A DNA stretch of 64,000 bases from Octopus sinensis (GCF_006345805.1 NC_043000.1:148180001-148244000), one strand, 5' to 3'; positions 38,845 to 51,162 are shown, counted from the first letter of the stretch. A program made the numbers and translations. Notes: generated by a model not told the origin, from the letters alone.

Positions 38845-39205
38845 TATCATCATCATCATCATTGTTTAACGTCCGTTCTCCATGCTAGCATGGGTTGGAC
38901 GGTTCGACTGGGGATCTGGGAAGCCAGAAGGCTGCCCCAGGCTCCGGTCTTATCTGGCAATGTTTCTACAGCTGGATGCCCTTCCTAACGCCAACCACTC
39001 CGTGAATGCAGTGGGTGCTTTTTACGTGCCACCCGCACTGGTGCCAGGCAAGGCTGGCATCGGCCACGGTTGGATTGGTGCATTTTACGTGCCACCGGCA
39101 CGGAAGCCAGTCGAGGCGGCACTGGCTTCGGCCACGATTCAGATAGTGCTTTTTACGTGCCACTGACATGGAAGCCAGTCGAGGCGGCGCTGGCATCGGC
39201 CACAT
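38845..39205 (-). mobile_element. RTE-tailed hairpin-array element, inverted relative to the 36190 copy
   Basis: (CAT)n at the left end and reverse-complement core. Confidence 0.8.
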
Positions 39206-41473
39206 CTAAACAATTCTGTAACCTGCCGCCAATATGGAATTTTTTGCACGAGCAATTCACGGCACTATCACCTAGTTATGTCAATTGTTCGCATTACATA
39301 TTCAAACCAACATAATATCTCAGATGCACTCAGAAGGATCAATTCTATGAGACCATTTTGCAGATCACCTTGATGATGACTGACAATGACCCAGAAAGGT
39401 ATATGACAAAGTAATGAAGGCTGATCATATGGTGAAGATGACAAAAGACCAACACAACTGGCATTTCAATGTGTTTGATAAGGTCTGTCTGTCACAGGAT
39501 GAATAAGACGTGTGCGTGTGAGTTTTTAGACGCAGTAAATAATTTGAGCTCGAATGCTGCGATTTCATTGGTTAAAATTCGTAAAATTAAACTACGTTTA
39601 AGTTACGAATTACAATTTTGTTTTCAATTTTGTTTAACAATAATGTTTTCTTTTGACACATTCTACCAGTATACGAAGTTTCAAATTTTTTAGTTAACTA
39701 GAAAATTCCGTCTATCAAACAGAAAAGATCCAAATCACATCCTGAAGCAATTAGGCTTATGTTTATACATTCGTTGGCCCCTGCCTCTGCACCCAATCTT
39801 TTTCAGTCATGCTTTCCCCACTTCTCATCTTTCTAACATCCAGTCCTCCATCACTCTCCTAACAATAGTACTATTCAGCTGCTGTAGTCATATGACAACA
39901 GAATCTGCAAATACTTCTCCTTTATGTTAGTAATTAACTCACCTCTCTGCTTCTAATTCTTTTAATACCATTCCTTCCTACTTTATTTTCTACTAATTTC
40001 TTTTTCCTGTGTCACCAGGTATCTCTTCTCCTCTGAGTTACATCTTAGGACTGCCATACCTCATCTTTAACACCCTTTTGTATCTCCACCTTCACTACAG
40101 TCACTACTACATATCTCTAATTTCCATCTCTGTTCCTGTACGTCTCTCTCTCTCTCTACTCTGACTCTTTTACCTTGCACATCGTCTCCCTATTTTCTGA
40201 TCTATCTACAAGTTTATTATACTGCTGCTCTCCACCATTCCTGCGCTTCTCACACACTCCTTACTATTTATTTTACCATCTACCCAATACTGATATTTAC
40301 CACTGACCACATATCATTCACTACATGAACATTTACCCCTCTACTGTCTCTACCCACTTGTCAATCTCATCTCACACTCCTGTGAACTTATTCGTCCAAA
40401 TCCTCAGCTCATATCCTCTCTTATACTCGTCTCAAGAGTATGTTCTGACACCTTGTCACTAACATTTTTATCTTTCCAGCTACTTTCACCCACTCCTATA
40501 TGATGCAGAGTAGCCATGTATCTTTTTTATAGCAAAACACCTAACATAAAACCACTTACACCTCTACTACAATCCCATTCACTTGAGAGGGCTTAACAAA
40601 TCCTGGAGTCACAAAAAGAAAACCACCCAGTAAACTCTAGAAAATGATTGGTGTTAGGAAGGGCATCCAGCCACAAAAGATATCACACTTGCATCTCCAA
40701 CAGATGAAACAATAATTATTAAACTTGTCTTCAATCCTATTTGTTTTCCATAACAACAGACAGAAAGTATAAACAATCCTTCTTCTAGGTGTTAGTTTTA
40801 GTCCTTTTTTTCACCTTCACTCCCATGAATCTGTCGTATCCCCTACACGTACCATCAGACTACAAGAGTACTTTCATGAACTAGAGGCAACAGCTGCAAT
40901 AGTATACATTAAAACAGAAAATGTAAGACTCTCTTAGACTAGAAAGAGACATCATCATCATCGTTTAGCATCTGCTTTCCATGCTAGCATGGGTTGGACA
41001 GTTCAACTGGGGTCTGGGAAGCCAGAAGGCTGCACCAGGCCCAGTCTGATCTGGCAATGTTTCTACGACTGGATGCCCTTCCTAATGCCAACCACTCCGT
41101 GAGTGTAGTGGGTGCTTTTTACGTGCCAGACGAGTCTGGCAAACGGCCACGGTCAGATGGTGCTTTTTATGTGCCACCGGCACGGGGGATTAATGTATTA
41201 AACATATAAAATTTTTAAAGTGATGGTATGTTGTCAACTTAATGTGACAGTCCCATGAAAGGGAAGAATGCTACTGCTATTTAGCCCTAGGAAACGGTGT
41301 TTCGTTGGGCTAAATAGCATTCTTCCCTTTCTTGGGACTTACATTGAGTTGACAACATGCCATCACTTTATTGTGCTGCTACTGAGAGATTTAGAAATGT
41401 ATTATTTCTATATAACATTTTTGTTAACCCCAAACATTATTTATAAAATTAAAATATAAGAAATCATACTTAC

Positions 41474-41745
41474 CCTAATTCGATTAACACATCCCGGATG
41501 ATTGAGAGTGGTAGTTTCTAGATCAGGTTTATCATCTTCATCTTCGCTCTCTGAAGAGTCCGAATCACTTTCATCGGCTGTTTTATGCTTAATACGCTGC
41601 AAATTGCTCATTTTCATCACAGTAATAATGTCGTTGTGGTCCTTTGGGGACTGACTTCCAGCCACAAGACTTAGGGTAAGAGGAAATTCTTCTCTATTGT
41701 CACCAAGACCATCCAACAGGACATCAAAACTGAGACACGGTGAGC
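41474..41745 (-). CDS. GRWD1: GRWD1 exon 2: SPCLSFDVLLDGLGDNR…acidic tract…HPGCVNRIR
   Basis: tttag/GTAAGT boundaries; PCLSFD motif of the CAF1C_H4-bd-like N-domain and Glu/Asp-rich tract. Confidence 0.96.
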
Positions 41746-42251
41746 CTAAACAAAAACAAAAAAGCAACGAACAAGGATAATGATAGACTTTCAGTAAACA
41801 CGGAAAGTAATACTTCGATTAAGAACATAATCGAAGTTTTAAGAACAGATGTGACAGACAAAATCTAACTAGATCTGCACAAGAAATGTATTAAACCAGC
41901 ACTATAAATGTATTAAACCAACTTTAGATGAGTTGTAGTGCACCTGAGCACTGTACACAATGTTTTTTTATTATTATTATTATTATTATTTAAACGAAAG
42001 TTTACTGGTGGCTGAAGTTAGGGAAACGCCAGGATTATAAGTTTGTTTCTGGGTTCAAACTCAGGGCGATCTTCGTCGACATTTGGCACTTACATGTGCC
42101 TAAAGCCTTCGATTTAGGTACATATAAAGGAGACAGATTTTAAATTACATACGATCAATTAATAATTACATAAAATGTTGTTATTGCAATCGTAAGAAAC
42201 ATTTATGAAAAAATAAAGAAGGAAATGGCTAAAGTCAAATAAATAATATAC

Positions 42252-42405
42252 CCAAGTTTGCTTGATGATACATGACGTAAGCACTGTCATCAAATTCTAA
42301 TTCTTCCTCTTCCGCATCTTCGGCATTATGATCTTCTGTCTCCATCTCATCCATTTCGGAATCACTGTCTTCTTTTCTCTCGACGGATTCATCCATTTCA
42401 GCCAT
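42252..42405 (-). CDS. GRWD1: GRWD1 exon 1: MAEMDESVERKEDSDSE…LEFDDSAYVMYHQANL
   Basis: ATG at 42405-42403, acidic N-terminus, DxSAYxMYH motif, phase-1 donor GTATAT. The six exons total 1290 nt (429 aa plus stop). Confidence 0.92.
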
Positions 42406-42460
42406 CTTATTATTACACGTGCCTCAATATTACCCAATGCGCATGTGCACTAAACTAGAG
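42396..42460 (-). promoter_or_regulatory. Putative GRWD1 core promoter: YY1-like AAGATGGC over the ATG; NRF1-like TGCGCATGTGCA (42438-42449)
   Basis: Motifs read directly in a CpG-retaining region just 5' of the start codon; function inferred. Confidence 0.45.
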
Positions 42461-42594
42461 TTTAGCAAGAATTACCGGCCTTGCCGTAGGTGGAGATCTT
42501 GTATCTCGTAATGATGGAGAAGAGGAGCTGATTTTGCTAAATCTCCATTCAATGATATTTGGTCATCTTGGAAAAATAATAACCTACTGAATAG

Positions 42595-42975
42595 TAAGAA
42601 AGCACTCCGTCGGTTACGACGACGAGGGTTCCGGTTGATCCGAATCAACGGAACAGCCTGCTCGTGAAATTAACGTGTAAGTGGCTGAGCACTCCACAGA
42701 CACGTGTACCCTTAACGTAGTTCTCGGGGAGATTCAGCGTGACACAGAGGGTGACAAGGCCGGCCCCTTGAAATACAGGTACAACAGAAACAGGAAGTAA
42801 GAGTGAGAGAAAGTTGTGGTGAAAGAGTACAGCAGGGTTCACCGGAGCCCCGTGGAACTTTTTTTGATGTTTTCGCTCAATAAACACTCACAACGCCCGG
42901 TCTGGGACTCGAAACCGCAATCCTATGACCGCGAGTCCGCTGCCCTAACCACTGGGCCATTGCGCCTCCACCTAC
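42595..42975 (-). mobile_element. Young full-length tRNA-derived SINE about 190 bp upstream of the GRWD1 ATG
   Basis: Head GGCGCAATGGCCCAGTGGTTAGGGC…GTTTCGAGTCCC; CpGs retained. Confidence 0.85.
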
Positions 42976-43377
42976 TGAATAGTATCATTCTCGATACACA
43001 AGGCAGCAAAGTTTTGGAATAATTATCCCTCGAAGTTCCATACTTTATGCCAAAAGAGTAGCAGCATTCCATTTACACCTCTCTCTCTCTCTCTCTCATA
43101 CCTATCTAGGCGGTGAGCTGGCAGAAACGTTAGCAAGCCGGGCGAAATACGTGGCCGTATTTCGTCTGCCGTTATGTTCTGAGTTCAAATTCCGCCGAGG
43201 TCGACTTTGCCTTTCATCCTTTCGGGGTCGATTAAATAAGTACCAGTTAAGCACTAGGTCGTTATAATCGACTTAATCCGTTTGTCTGTCCTTGTTTGGC
43301 CCCTTGTGGGTAGTAAAGAAATATATCTATCTATCTACATACATACAAACAGACGCTCACACACATACATACATACA

Positions 43378-43571
43378 TACAGGATGTTCAAAAAGTCTCT
43401 CCGCAGTGAATTAAGAGTTTTTCGGTGAACGGATTATTTCGAAGGGATTTTGGGCACCAAGATCACCTGATTTAACACCGCCAGACATTTTCGTCTGGAG
43501 AGCAAGTAAAGGATCAGTTTACAAGAATCATCCGAGATACTTACTGCAGAGAGACTTTTGGACACCCTGTG
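43378..43571 (+). mobile_element. Internally deleted Tc1/mariner-superfamily element (about 190 bp)
   Basis: TIRs tacaggatgttcaaaaagtctctccgcagt / actgcagagagacttttggacaccctgtg; interior encodes WAPRSPDLTPPDIFVW (WPxxSPDL motif). Confidence 0.8.
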
Positions 43572-44005
43572 TGTGTATATCTTGTTTCAGTCAGATTTCA
43601 GTCCTACTGGGACACCACCTTAAAGAATTTTCAATCGAACCCAATACTTTTTTTAAAGCTTGATACTTATTCTATCAGTCAGTTTCGCCGAACCGCTGGT
43701 TTTGGGGGACGTAAACAAACCAACACCGGTTGTCAAGCGGCGGTGAGAATACACACACACACGCGAAGTATTATGTGTGATTGTGTGTGTGTGTGTGAGC
43801 GTGCGTGTCTGTATGTATGTAGATAGATATGAGAGAGAGAGAGGCGTAAAGGGAATGCTACTCTACTCTTTTGGCATAAATCCACTCACAAGGTTTTGGT
43901 CGGTCCAGGGGCTTTGTGGAAGACACTTGCCCAAGGTGTCACACAGAGGGATTGAACCTGGAACTATGTGGTTGGGGGGCAAATTTTGTACTACACAGTC
44001 ACGTC

Positions 44006-44048
<43 letters not shown>

Positions 44049-44159
44049 GAAACCGGGCGTGGTTCCTCTTGATGATGTCTTGAGCTAACTGGATCCTATA
44101 AAGGAGCTGTTGTGGTAGCAGACCACCAAACACGGTTGTAATTCCTTCCTTAGATATAT

Positions 44160-44720
44160 ACATCATCATCATCAGCGTTTAACGTCCAAGTAGGATAGTT
44201 TGACTGAGGACTGGCAAGCCAGGAGGCTTCACCAGGCTCCAATCTTATCTAGTAAGGTTTCTACAGCTGGATGTCCTTCCTAATGCCAACTACTCTGAGA
44301 GTGTAGTGGGTGCTTTTTACATGCCACCAGCATGGGGGCTAGTCAGGCGGTACTGGCATTGACCACGCTCAAATGGTGCTTTTATGTGCCACCAGCACAG
44401 GAGCCAGTCAGACGGTACTGGCAGAAACGTTAGCTTGCCGGGTGAAATACTTGGCGGTATTTCGTCTGACGCTACGTTCTGAGTTCAAATTCCGCCGAGG
44501 TCGACTTTGCCTTTCATCCTTTCAGGGTCGATAAATTAAGTACTAGTTATGCACTGGGGTCGATATAATCGACTTAATCCGTTTGTCTGTCCTTGTTTGC
44601 CCCTTCTGCGTTTAGCCCGTTGTGGGTAGTAAAGAAATAGGTACTGGCATCAACCATGCACAAATGATGCATTTTACATGCCACCAGCACAGGAGCCAGA
44701 CAGGTGACACTGGCAATGAC
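44160..44720 (-). mobile_element. RTE-tailed element interrupted by a SINE
   Basis: Element sequence resumes after 44640; 10-nt direct repeat ggtactggca flanks the insert. Confidence 0.75.
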
Positions 44721-44959
44721 CACGCTCAAAACCGACACCTAAACACTCTGAAATGTTCATATTGGAAATTCTGGCATGAATGCCAAGCAGTACAGCATGT
44801 AATTTCCAAATTTCTGGCAGAGTGAATTGTGTCATGGGGCTGTTTTTCTCACAGATGGTGCCCAACTGACCCTACTATACTGAGTATTTAACAAAATCAA
44901 AAACAAACAATGCTCATTCACAAAATTAAAAATATAAAACGGCGACAATTTACCCATTG

Positions 44960-45195
44960 CACCCTATATATATATATAGTTAATCCAAACAAGAAAACAC
45001 AAAAATACATAGCAACGCGAAGACGTGGAACAAATAAAGTATTATTGGATGCTCAGGGAAGAAGGAGGGTTTAACGTTTCGAGTGGAGCTCTTTGTCGGA
45101 AACAAAGGAGAAGGAAAGATCCAGAGAAGGGAAGACAGAGGAAAAAAATTGCTGGCGGTGCTCATGAGGTCACACATATATATATATACACACAC
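44960..45195 (-). mobile_element. Penelope-like element terminal repeat with decayed minimal hammerhead ribozyme (45069-45103)
   Basis: Minus strand gttt-CCGACAA-a-gag(ctcca)ctc-GAAA-cgtt-aaac; flanked by TA microsatellites. Confidence 0.55.
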
Positions 45196-45540
45196 ACATC
45201 AAACAATAGAAATTACGATTCATCATCATTTTCCATGCTGGCATGGGTTTTTTAAAAATTCCTCCCCCTCACCACACACACACACACTTCTGTACTCTTT
45301 TTCTTTCTCATGAGGGACAGCTTTCCCAAAACTCCCCACCACAATGACTGCATGATTTTAGGTGGAACATCATTGATTATAAGCTAGATTAGGCCTGGCC
45401 TGAAACTAAACAACTTTTCTAAAGTGAATTATTTCTACCTATTTACTGAACACCTTTAGAACAACAATCCTATGCAAGAGAAAACTTGACTCATAGACAC
45501 AATTTAACATTATCTTTTCTTAGTGGATTCTATTTTTATT

Positions 45541-45909
45541 TTTGCTCGGGTTTGTTTTGACCTTTTAGAATTAGAATTTTTGAAAAGTAAAAATTTTGCA
45601 TTATGTAGCTTGTTATTCTCTTTAAGTTAACATTTTTCTGGTTGAAATACACCGAAAAATGGCAACACAGCAGTCAAAAAATCGTAAAAAATAGGGATTT
45701 TCATAGAAAAAAAGCACCTTTTTGATGTAAATAATTTTTGGTCTTAACATGGTCCGATTCAAATGTTATCTTCTCATGGAATGAAGAGCAAGCCATCTTC
45801 TATCATACTTTCAATTTTGGTCAACTTGCGCTGCAGGGTCTTGGAGGAGATAGTGTTAGTTGAAGGCTACCAAACCTGTTACACACAACTTCAACTTTAT
45901 GTATAGAGA
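45541..45909 (-). mobile_element. Non-autonomous Helitron, 3'-truncated
   Basis: A|TCTCTATACATAAAAG 5' end similar to the 18567 copy; retains acaaacccgagca but not CTAG. Confidence 0.65.
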
Positions 45910-46424
45910 TTTATTCTTTTACTGAGATGGAAAGGCATTACCCGTAACCTTTTCAGGCTTGATGCAGGAAGGAAGAAAGTTATCCTTGGGCTGGAGATCT
46001 GTTCTGAATGGTTACAACAGTTCAGTCAACCATTCAAGAGCAGGAATGGTTCTTCCTATAGGCTTCCATTCAGTTTATAAGACTAAGGTGAAAGACACTT
46101 TCCCAAAATACTGTAGGAAAAAGTAAAAAAAAGGAAGTTAGGAAGGTTGTTAAATACCATGGTAAAGATCAAAGCAACAGGTGTGAAGACTTGCAAATGT
46201 GGATAGGCTTTTGATACTCTTTTACTTGTTTCAGTCATTTGACTGCGGCCATGCTGGAGCACCGCCTTTAATCGAGCAACTCGACCCCGGGACTTATTCT
46301 TTTGTAAGCCCAGTACTTATTCTATCGGTCTCTTTTGCCGAACCGCTAGGTGACGGGGACATTAACACACCAGCATCGGTTGTCAAGGGATGTTGGGGGA
46401 ACAAACACAGACACACAAACACAT

Positions 46425-46455
<31 letters not shown>

Positions 46456-47659
46456 CATATATACGACAGGCCTCTTTCAGTTTCCGTCTACCAAATCCAC
46501 TCACAAGGCATTGGTCGGCCCGGGGCTATAGCAGAAGACACTTGCCCAAGATGCCACGCAGTGGGACTGAACCCAGAACCATGTGGTTGGTTAGCAAGCT
46601 ACTTACCACACATCCACGAATTGTGAGAAAGAGTTAGAGAAAAGGCATATTCTGATTTTTTTTTTCTTTTAACATGCTGATTTTCAAGCTTACTACTATG
46701 TGATATTGAAGAACTGTAGACTGATTCTTTCATCTTCGACTTGATCAAATATTGGGAAGTCCTGGGACAAATTACTGTTCTATAAAATAAAAATGATTTT
46801 AAACTTTTTAAGTCTATCCAACTCTACACCAAACAAAGAATTTTATGGATACAAACTATTTCATTTACTCATTAATAAAGAGTAGAGGCTCCCAAATTTT
46901 ATTAATACAGGGTCATGGACATGATATTTTTTCTATTTGAGAAATGTTTAATAAGTCTGCTTTGGTGGGGGCTAATAATATTGCAATATATCCAGAATTG
47001 TCTCCCATACCTGCTAAGGCATTATAAGTCATCTTTTCCTCACCACATAATTTGAATTTTTGATGCTTACTACATTGAATATGCTAACGCTAACTTAACT
47101 ATTAATAAAGATAAGTAAGGTTTCAAATATCACTTAGCTGAATTAAAAAAAAAAAGAAAAAAATTATTAATTCTACGCTCAGATCATCTATTCTCATCCC
47201 ACCTCAGACTACCACACATTTTGCTGCTCACTTCAAACTCATGTGTATTAATTAGACAATTATTTTTTAAATTGTTAGTGTAATGAGGAAGGTTCATGCT
47301 CATCACCTTCTCAAATTGAAGAGAACAAGCAAGAACTGTGTTCAAGAGAGATCCAGTCAGTGAAGTGAAGGATAACTTATTTGTATTAGAATTGGTAGAA
47401 TCATTAAAGCATCAGAAAAACTGCAGTTTTTTCGACCTTCAGAGTTGAAATCCCACATTCATTTCTCTTTTATCAATCAATACAGAATGTAGGACTTGCC
47501 AGAATTCACAGATAGACCTGCGAATCACAATGAGCAACAAAGTTTAATGTTTCCAAAAAGTCTAAATGAGAAATAGGAAAAAAGAAGGGTGAAAAAAGTC
47601 AACTTTACTTTTTATCCTTGTCTGTATGGCTAAGATATTAGAAATTTTAAATCCAGCAA

Positions 47660-48055
47660 GGCGGCGAGCTGGCAGAAATGTTAGCACACCGGGCGAAATG
47701 CTTAGCGGTATTTCGTCTACAGTTACATTCTGAGTTCAAATTCCGCCGAGGTCGACTTTGCTTTTCATCCTTTCGGGGTCGATTAAATAAGTACCAGTAA
47801 CGCACTCGGGACGATATAATCAACTTAATCCGTTTGTATGTCCTCTCTGTGTTTAGCCCCTTGTGGGTAGTAAAGAAATAGGTATTTCGTCTACCGTTGC
47901 GTTCTGAGTTCAAATTCCGCCGAGGTCAATTTTGCCTTTCGTCCTTTCGGGGTTGATTAATTAAGTACCAGTAACGCACTGGGGTCGATATAATCAACTT
48001 AATCCCTTTGTCTGTCCCCTCTATGTTTAGCTCCTTGTGGGCAAAAAAGAAATAA
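47660..48055 (+). mobile_element. Same SINE family, head-to-tail partial tandem dimer
   Basis: The body repeats from ggtatttcgtct at about 47881. Confidence 0.8.
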
Positions 48056-49445
48056 GAAATTGTAAGTCCAGAAGTCTGTTGAGATTATGAGGACAGTTTT
48101 AGTTGTGATCATAATAAGGATGTATTGCTATGGATGTTTTATGGGATGTATAAGATTATTTTTTAATTTTGTTATCAGTTTAAATGTCAAGTTCTCATGT
48201 TCATAGAGGATGTGTATGACTGGTAGATATAGAAGCTGTGTAAGTAAAGGAAGAGCTAGAATTGCAGCATCTGTTTTGGAGAATGGAATTTGTAGTTGTG
48301 ATACCAGTGCCGGTGCCACGTAAGAGAACCATCCGAACATGGCCATAGCCAGCACCGCCCTGACTGGCCTCAGTGCCGGTGGCACGTAAAAAGCACCATC
48401 TGATCGTGGCCGTTTGCCAGCCTCGTCTGGCACGTAAAAAGCACCCACTACACTCACGGAGTGGTTGGCGTTAGGGAAGGGCATCCAGCTGTAAAAACAC
48501 TGCCAGATCAGACTGGGCCTGGTGCAGCCTTCTGGCTTCCCGGACCCCAGTTGAACTATCCAACCCATGCTAGCATGGAAAGTGGACGTTAAACGATGAT
48601 GATGATGAAGGGAGATAAATTAACAGCTATTAAGTTATTAATTTGTAAAAGGAATTGTGGAAAGTATAACTAATGTTGACAGAATAATGGTTGAAGAGAT
48701 TTGTGTCAATATATGCTATCAAGTGTGACAAGATTGAGCAAATCTATGATCAAAAACATTCCAAATACAGTGTTTCAAAGATTGCATTATCAAATGTGAC
48801 TTTTCTTTTTTAAGATGGGAAGTGTGTGTGTGTCGGGGGGTATGATTTGAAGGACATTTGGTTACTATTTCAGACAGGATAAGACTACAAAGCAGCTTTT
48901 TTTTATTAGAAGTTGAAGATGTTGCTCTACCCTATAATGGTGATGAGTGTAGATCTGAGGAAAATGCTGCTGATGTTGAACATGTATGTGAGTGTGAAAT
49001 TGGATGACTTGTAAAAACTCTTTAATTATTACATGGCATTGAAAGGAATGATGAAGTTTCTTAATAAATCGCAGTACATAATCACAAAAATAAAGACAGA
49101 ATTTCAAACATGTCCCAATCGTTTTTAAATTATTTATTTATCAACAATTAGAACCATGAAATCTTCACACAGAATTGATGCTGTAATGTAAAACTGTTCC
49201 AAGTTTTTTTTCATAAAATTCTGACTTTACAGATAACAAACAAAAGAATTTATAGAGAACTCCAGCAACAATTCAAAAATAAAACTTATAATAGTACTTA
49301 AATAAACTGATAAAAATAAACTATATTCTCAAAAATAAAATTGGTTTCTTTCTTATTTGAAAGATGTTCAGTTTGAAAATAAATATATTAAAACCCAAAT
49401 CATCAAGACAGGAACTTTAAGAACTGAAAACAACTAAGGCAATTC

Positions 49446-49592
49446 TCAGCTGACATTAAGTTTTTTCAACCAAGAAGATTTAATTTTTTTTCTATAAAGT
49501 CCATTTTTAATCAGATATTCTTTACTCTGATGTTTCTGAGCACCATGATTCAACTGGAACTGGCATAAAGCTTCCAATGGTTTTGTAAGAGT
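49446..49592 (-). CDS. DTWD2: DTWD2 exon 6 (last): [33 protein letters not shown]…*
   Basis: ttttaacag acceptor; PLxALCxFQLxHGA and KNGLY match the DTWD2 C-terminus; TGA at 49448-49446. Confidence 0.93.
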   Translation of the reverse strand, partial: TLTKPLEALCQFQLNHGAQKHQSKEYLIKNGLYRKKIKSSWLKKLNVS

Positions 49593-49816
49593 CTGTTAAA
49601 AAAACAAACACAAAAGCATTAATTTAATTCAGGTGAAGAATTCTTTTTGTAATGATATTCTAATACATTTTATGTGACAAGAATGATATAATAGTTATAT
49701 CATTTTACAGAAGGAAACAAATAAGAAACAAAATGGATAGAATGCTAAAATCAAAATTGTACTGAGTAAAAGGGTTGGAAAACTTGTTTAATGTTGCTCC
49801 ACAAGTTGGTTAGTTA

Positions 49817-50160
49817 TTGATCATTGTCTATTGAACATTAGTGGAGTTTCACAACACCCGTGGACATATTTACAAAGTAAGAAAACAGCACAGCTCCCAT
49901 GACTTCAGGAAACATTTTTTCACGCTGAGAGTTGCTGAAGCGTGGAACAAACTGCCGGCATCGGTTGTTAGTTGTCGGAGCACTGCATCCTTCAAAATTT
50001 CCATGCTTCCTGAGATTCGCCAACACTACACTTGATACACACACAAGCATGTTCACTTTCCAGACATTTCTACACTACTGCATGTACTTTATATGCACTT
50101 TCTGACAAGTTGTGGTGCACCTGAGCACTGTATACAATAATTTCATTATATATATATTAT
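49817..50160 (+). mobile_element. CR1-clade LINE 3' end fragment in DTWD2 intron 5
   Basis: TRGHIYKVRKQHS…RKHFFTLRVAEAWNKLP, plus the shared 3' UTR and tail. Confidence 0.85.
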
Positions 50161-50290
50161 ATATTCAGAGCAGCTAACAAGAGATAGAGAACAAATAAAA
50201 AAACAAAATTTTTAGAGGTCACTTCAAGCTGTCGCATGGAAGACGTAATAAGATGAAATAATTAGAAAAGGACAAGAAGAGTTGTCTTAC

Positions 50291-50419
50291 TTCAACAAGA
50301 TATGGTTTCTTTTCAAGGTAAGATAACGCAACAGCAGCAGACTCTAGAGTCGATAGACACACATCAGTTGGTTGAGTTCGAATGACATATTTGCTAATCA
50401 TCCCACTTTTAATCTGGAC
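50291..50419 (-). CDS. DTWD2: DTWD2 exon 5: [36 protein letters not shown]…
   Basis: ttctag/GTAAGA boundaries, 43 codons; YVIRxQP and CLSTLE motifs. Confidence 0.95.
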
Positions 50420-50960
50420 CTAGAAGTGACGAGAAGTAAAACAGGGTTTTCTCATTAGAACAATGCAACAAACTTGGACTTTAATGAAAATGAAATCAGG
50501 TTGCCCCCAGCATAATCACAGCAGTGCTGAAGAGTTATGGAGGGAACAACTAATTATATTCTTAAAAGATTAAATTATTATGAAAGTGAATGAGTTAATT
50601 GAGAAGATTTATTTTCAGAATACAAAAATAAGATAAAAACGTATATATAAGATTAATGCTGATATGATGACAGTCCACCTTAAAATATCTTTAGACAACT
50701 CCTTGGAAAAATACAAAAACAGTTATTTAAAATTGTTAATTATTAATAAAGAATAAGTGTCACTATATATTAAATCCGAGTAACTTAATTATTACTATGT
50801 ATAATAATAATTAAGTGATTTAATTTAGTTATGTTATTAAAATAAAAAGAAGTAAAATGTTTTTTGCTGGCACTGATAAAAGTTCTCTAGATTCAAAATC
50901 ACATTTCTTTCCTTTTAACTTGTGAATGCTGATAATTATGCTTCCATTGAAAACTAAACA

Positions 50961-51162
50961 TTAACCCTTTAGTGTTCGCATTAGTCTGCCAAAATTAATG
51001 CTTTTTCATCCACATGCATTATCTTGTAGTGATGAGATTTTGATGAGGAAGCTGTTAATTTCTAAAACGATATTGTAGGGTTGGTGTGAGAGACCAGATC
51101 TGGCCAGTTTGCACATAAAACAGGCAGAATACTTTTGGCCAGTTTAAATACTAAAGGGTTAA
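50961..51162. mobile_element. piggyBac-like MITE, 35 nt from the DTWD2 exon 4 donor
   Basis: ttaa-ccctttagt…actaaaggg-ttaa; both ends intact. Confidence 0.8.

Noticed and set aside
39368-39426. C/D-box snoRNA-like TGATGA…CTGA
   Set aside because: It is on the strand opposite the GRWD1 host transcript, short, and has no recognisable guide.
48865-49107. ORF downstream of DTWD2 as an extra exon
   Set aside because: DTWD2 already ends with a conserved C-terminus and a stop at 49446; this is AT-rich 3' UTR-type sequence.
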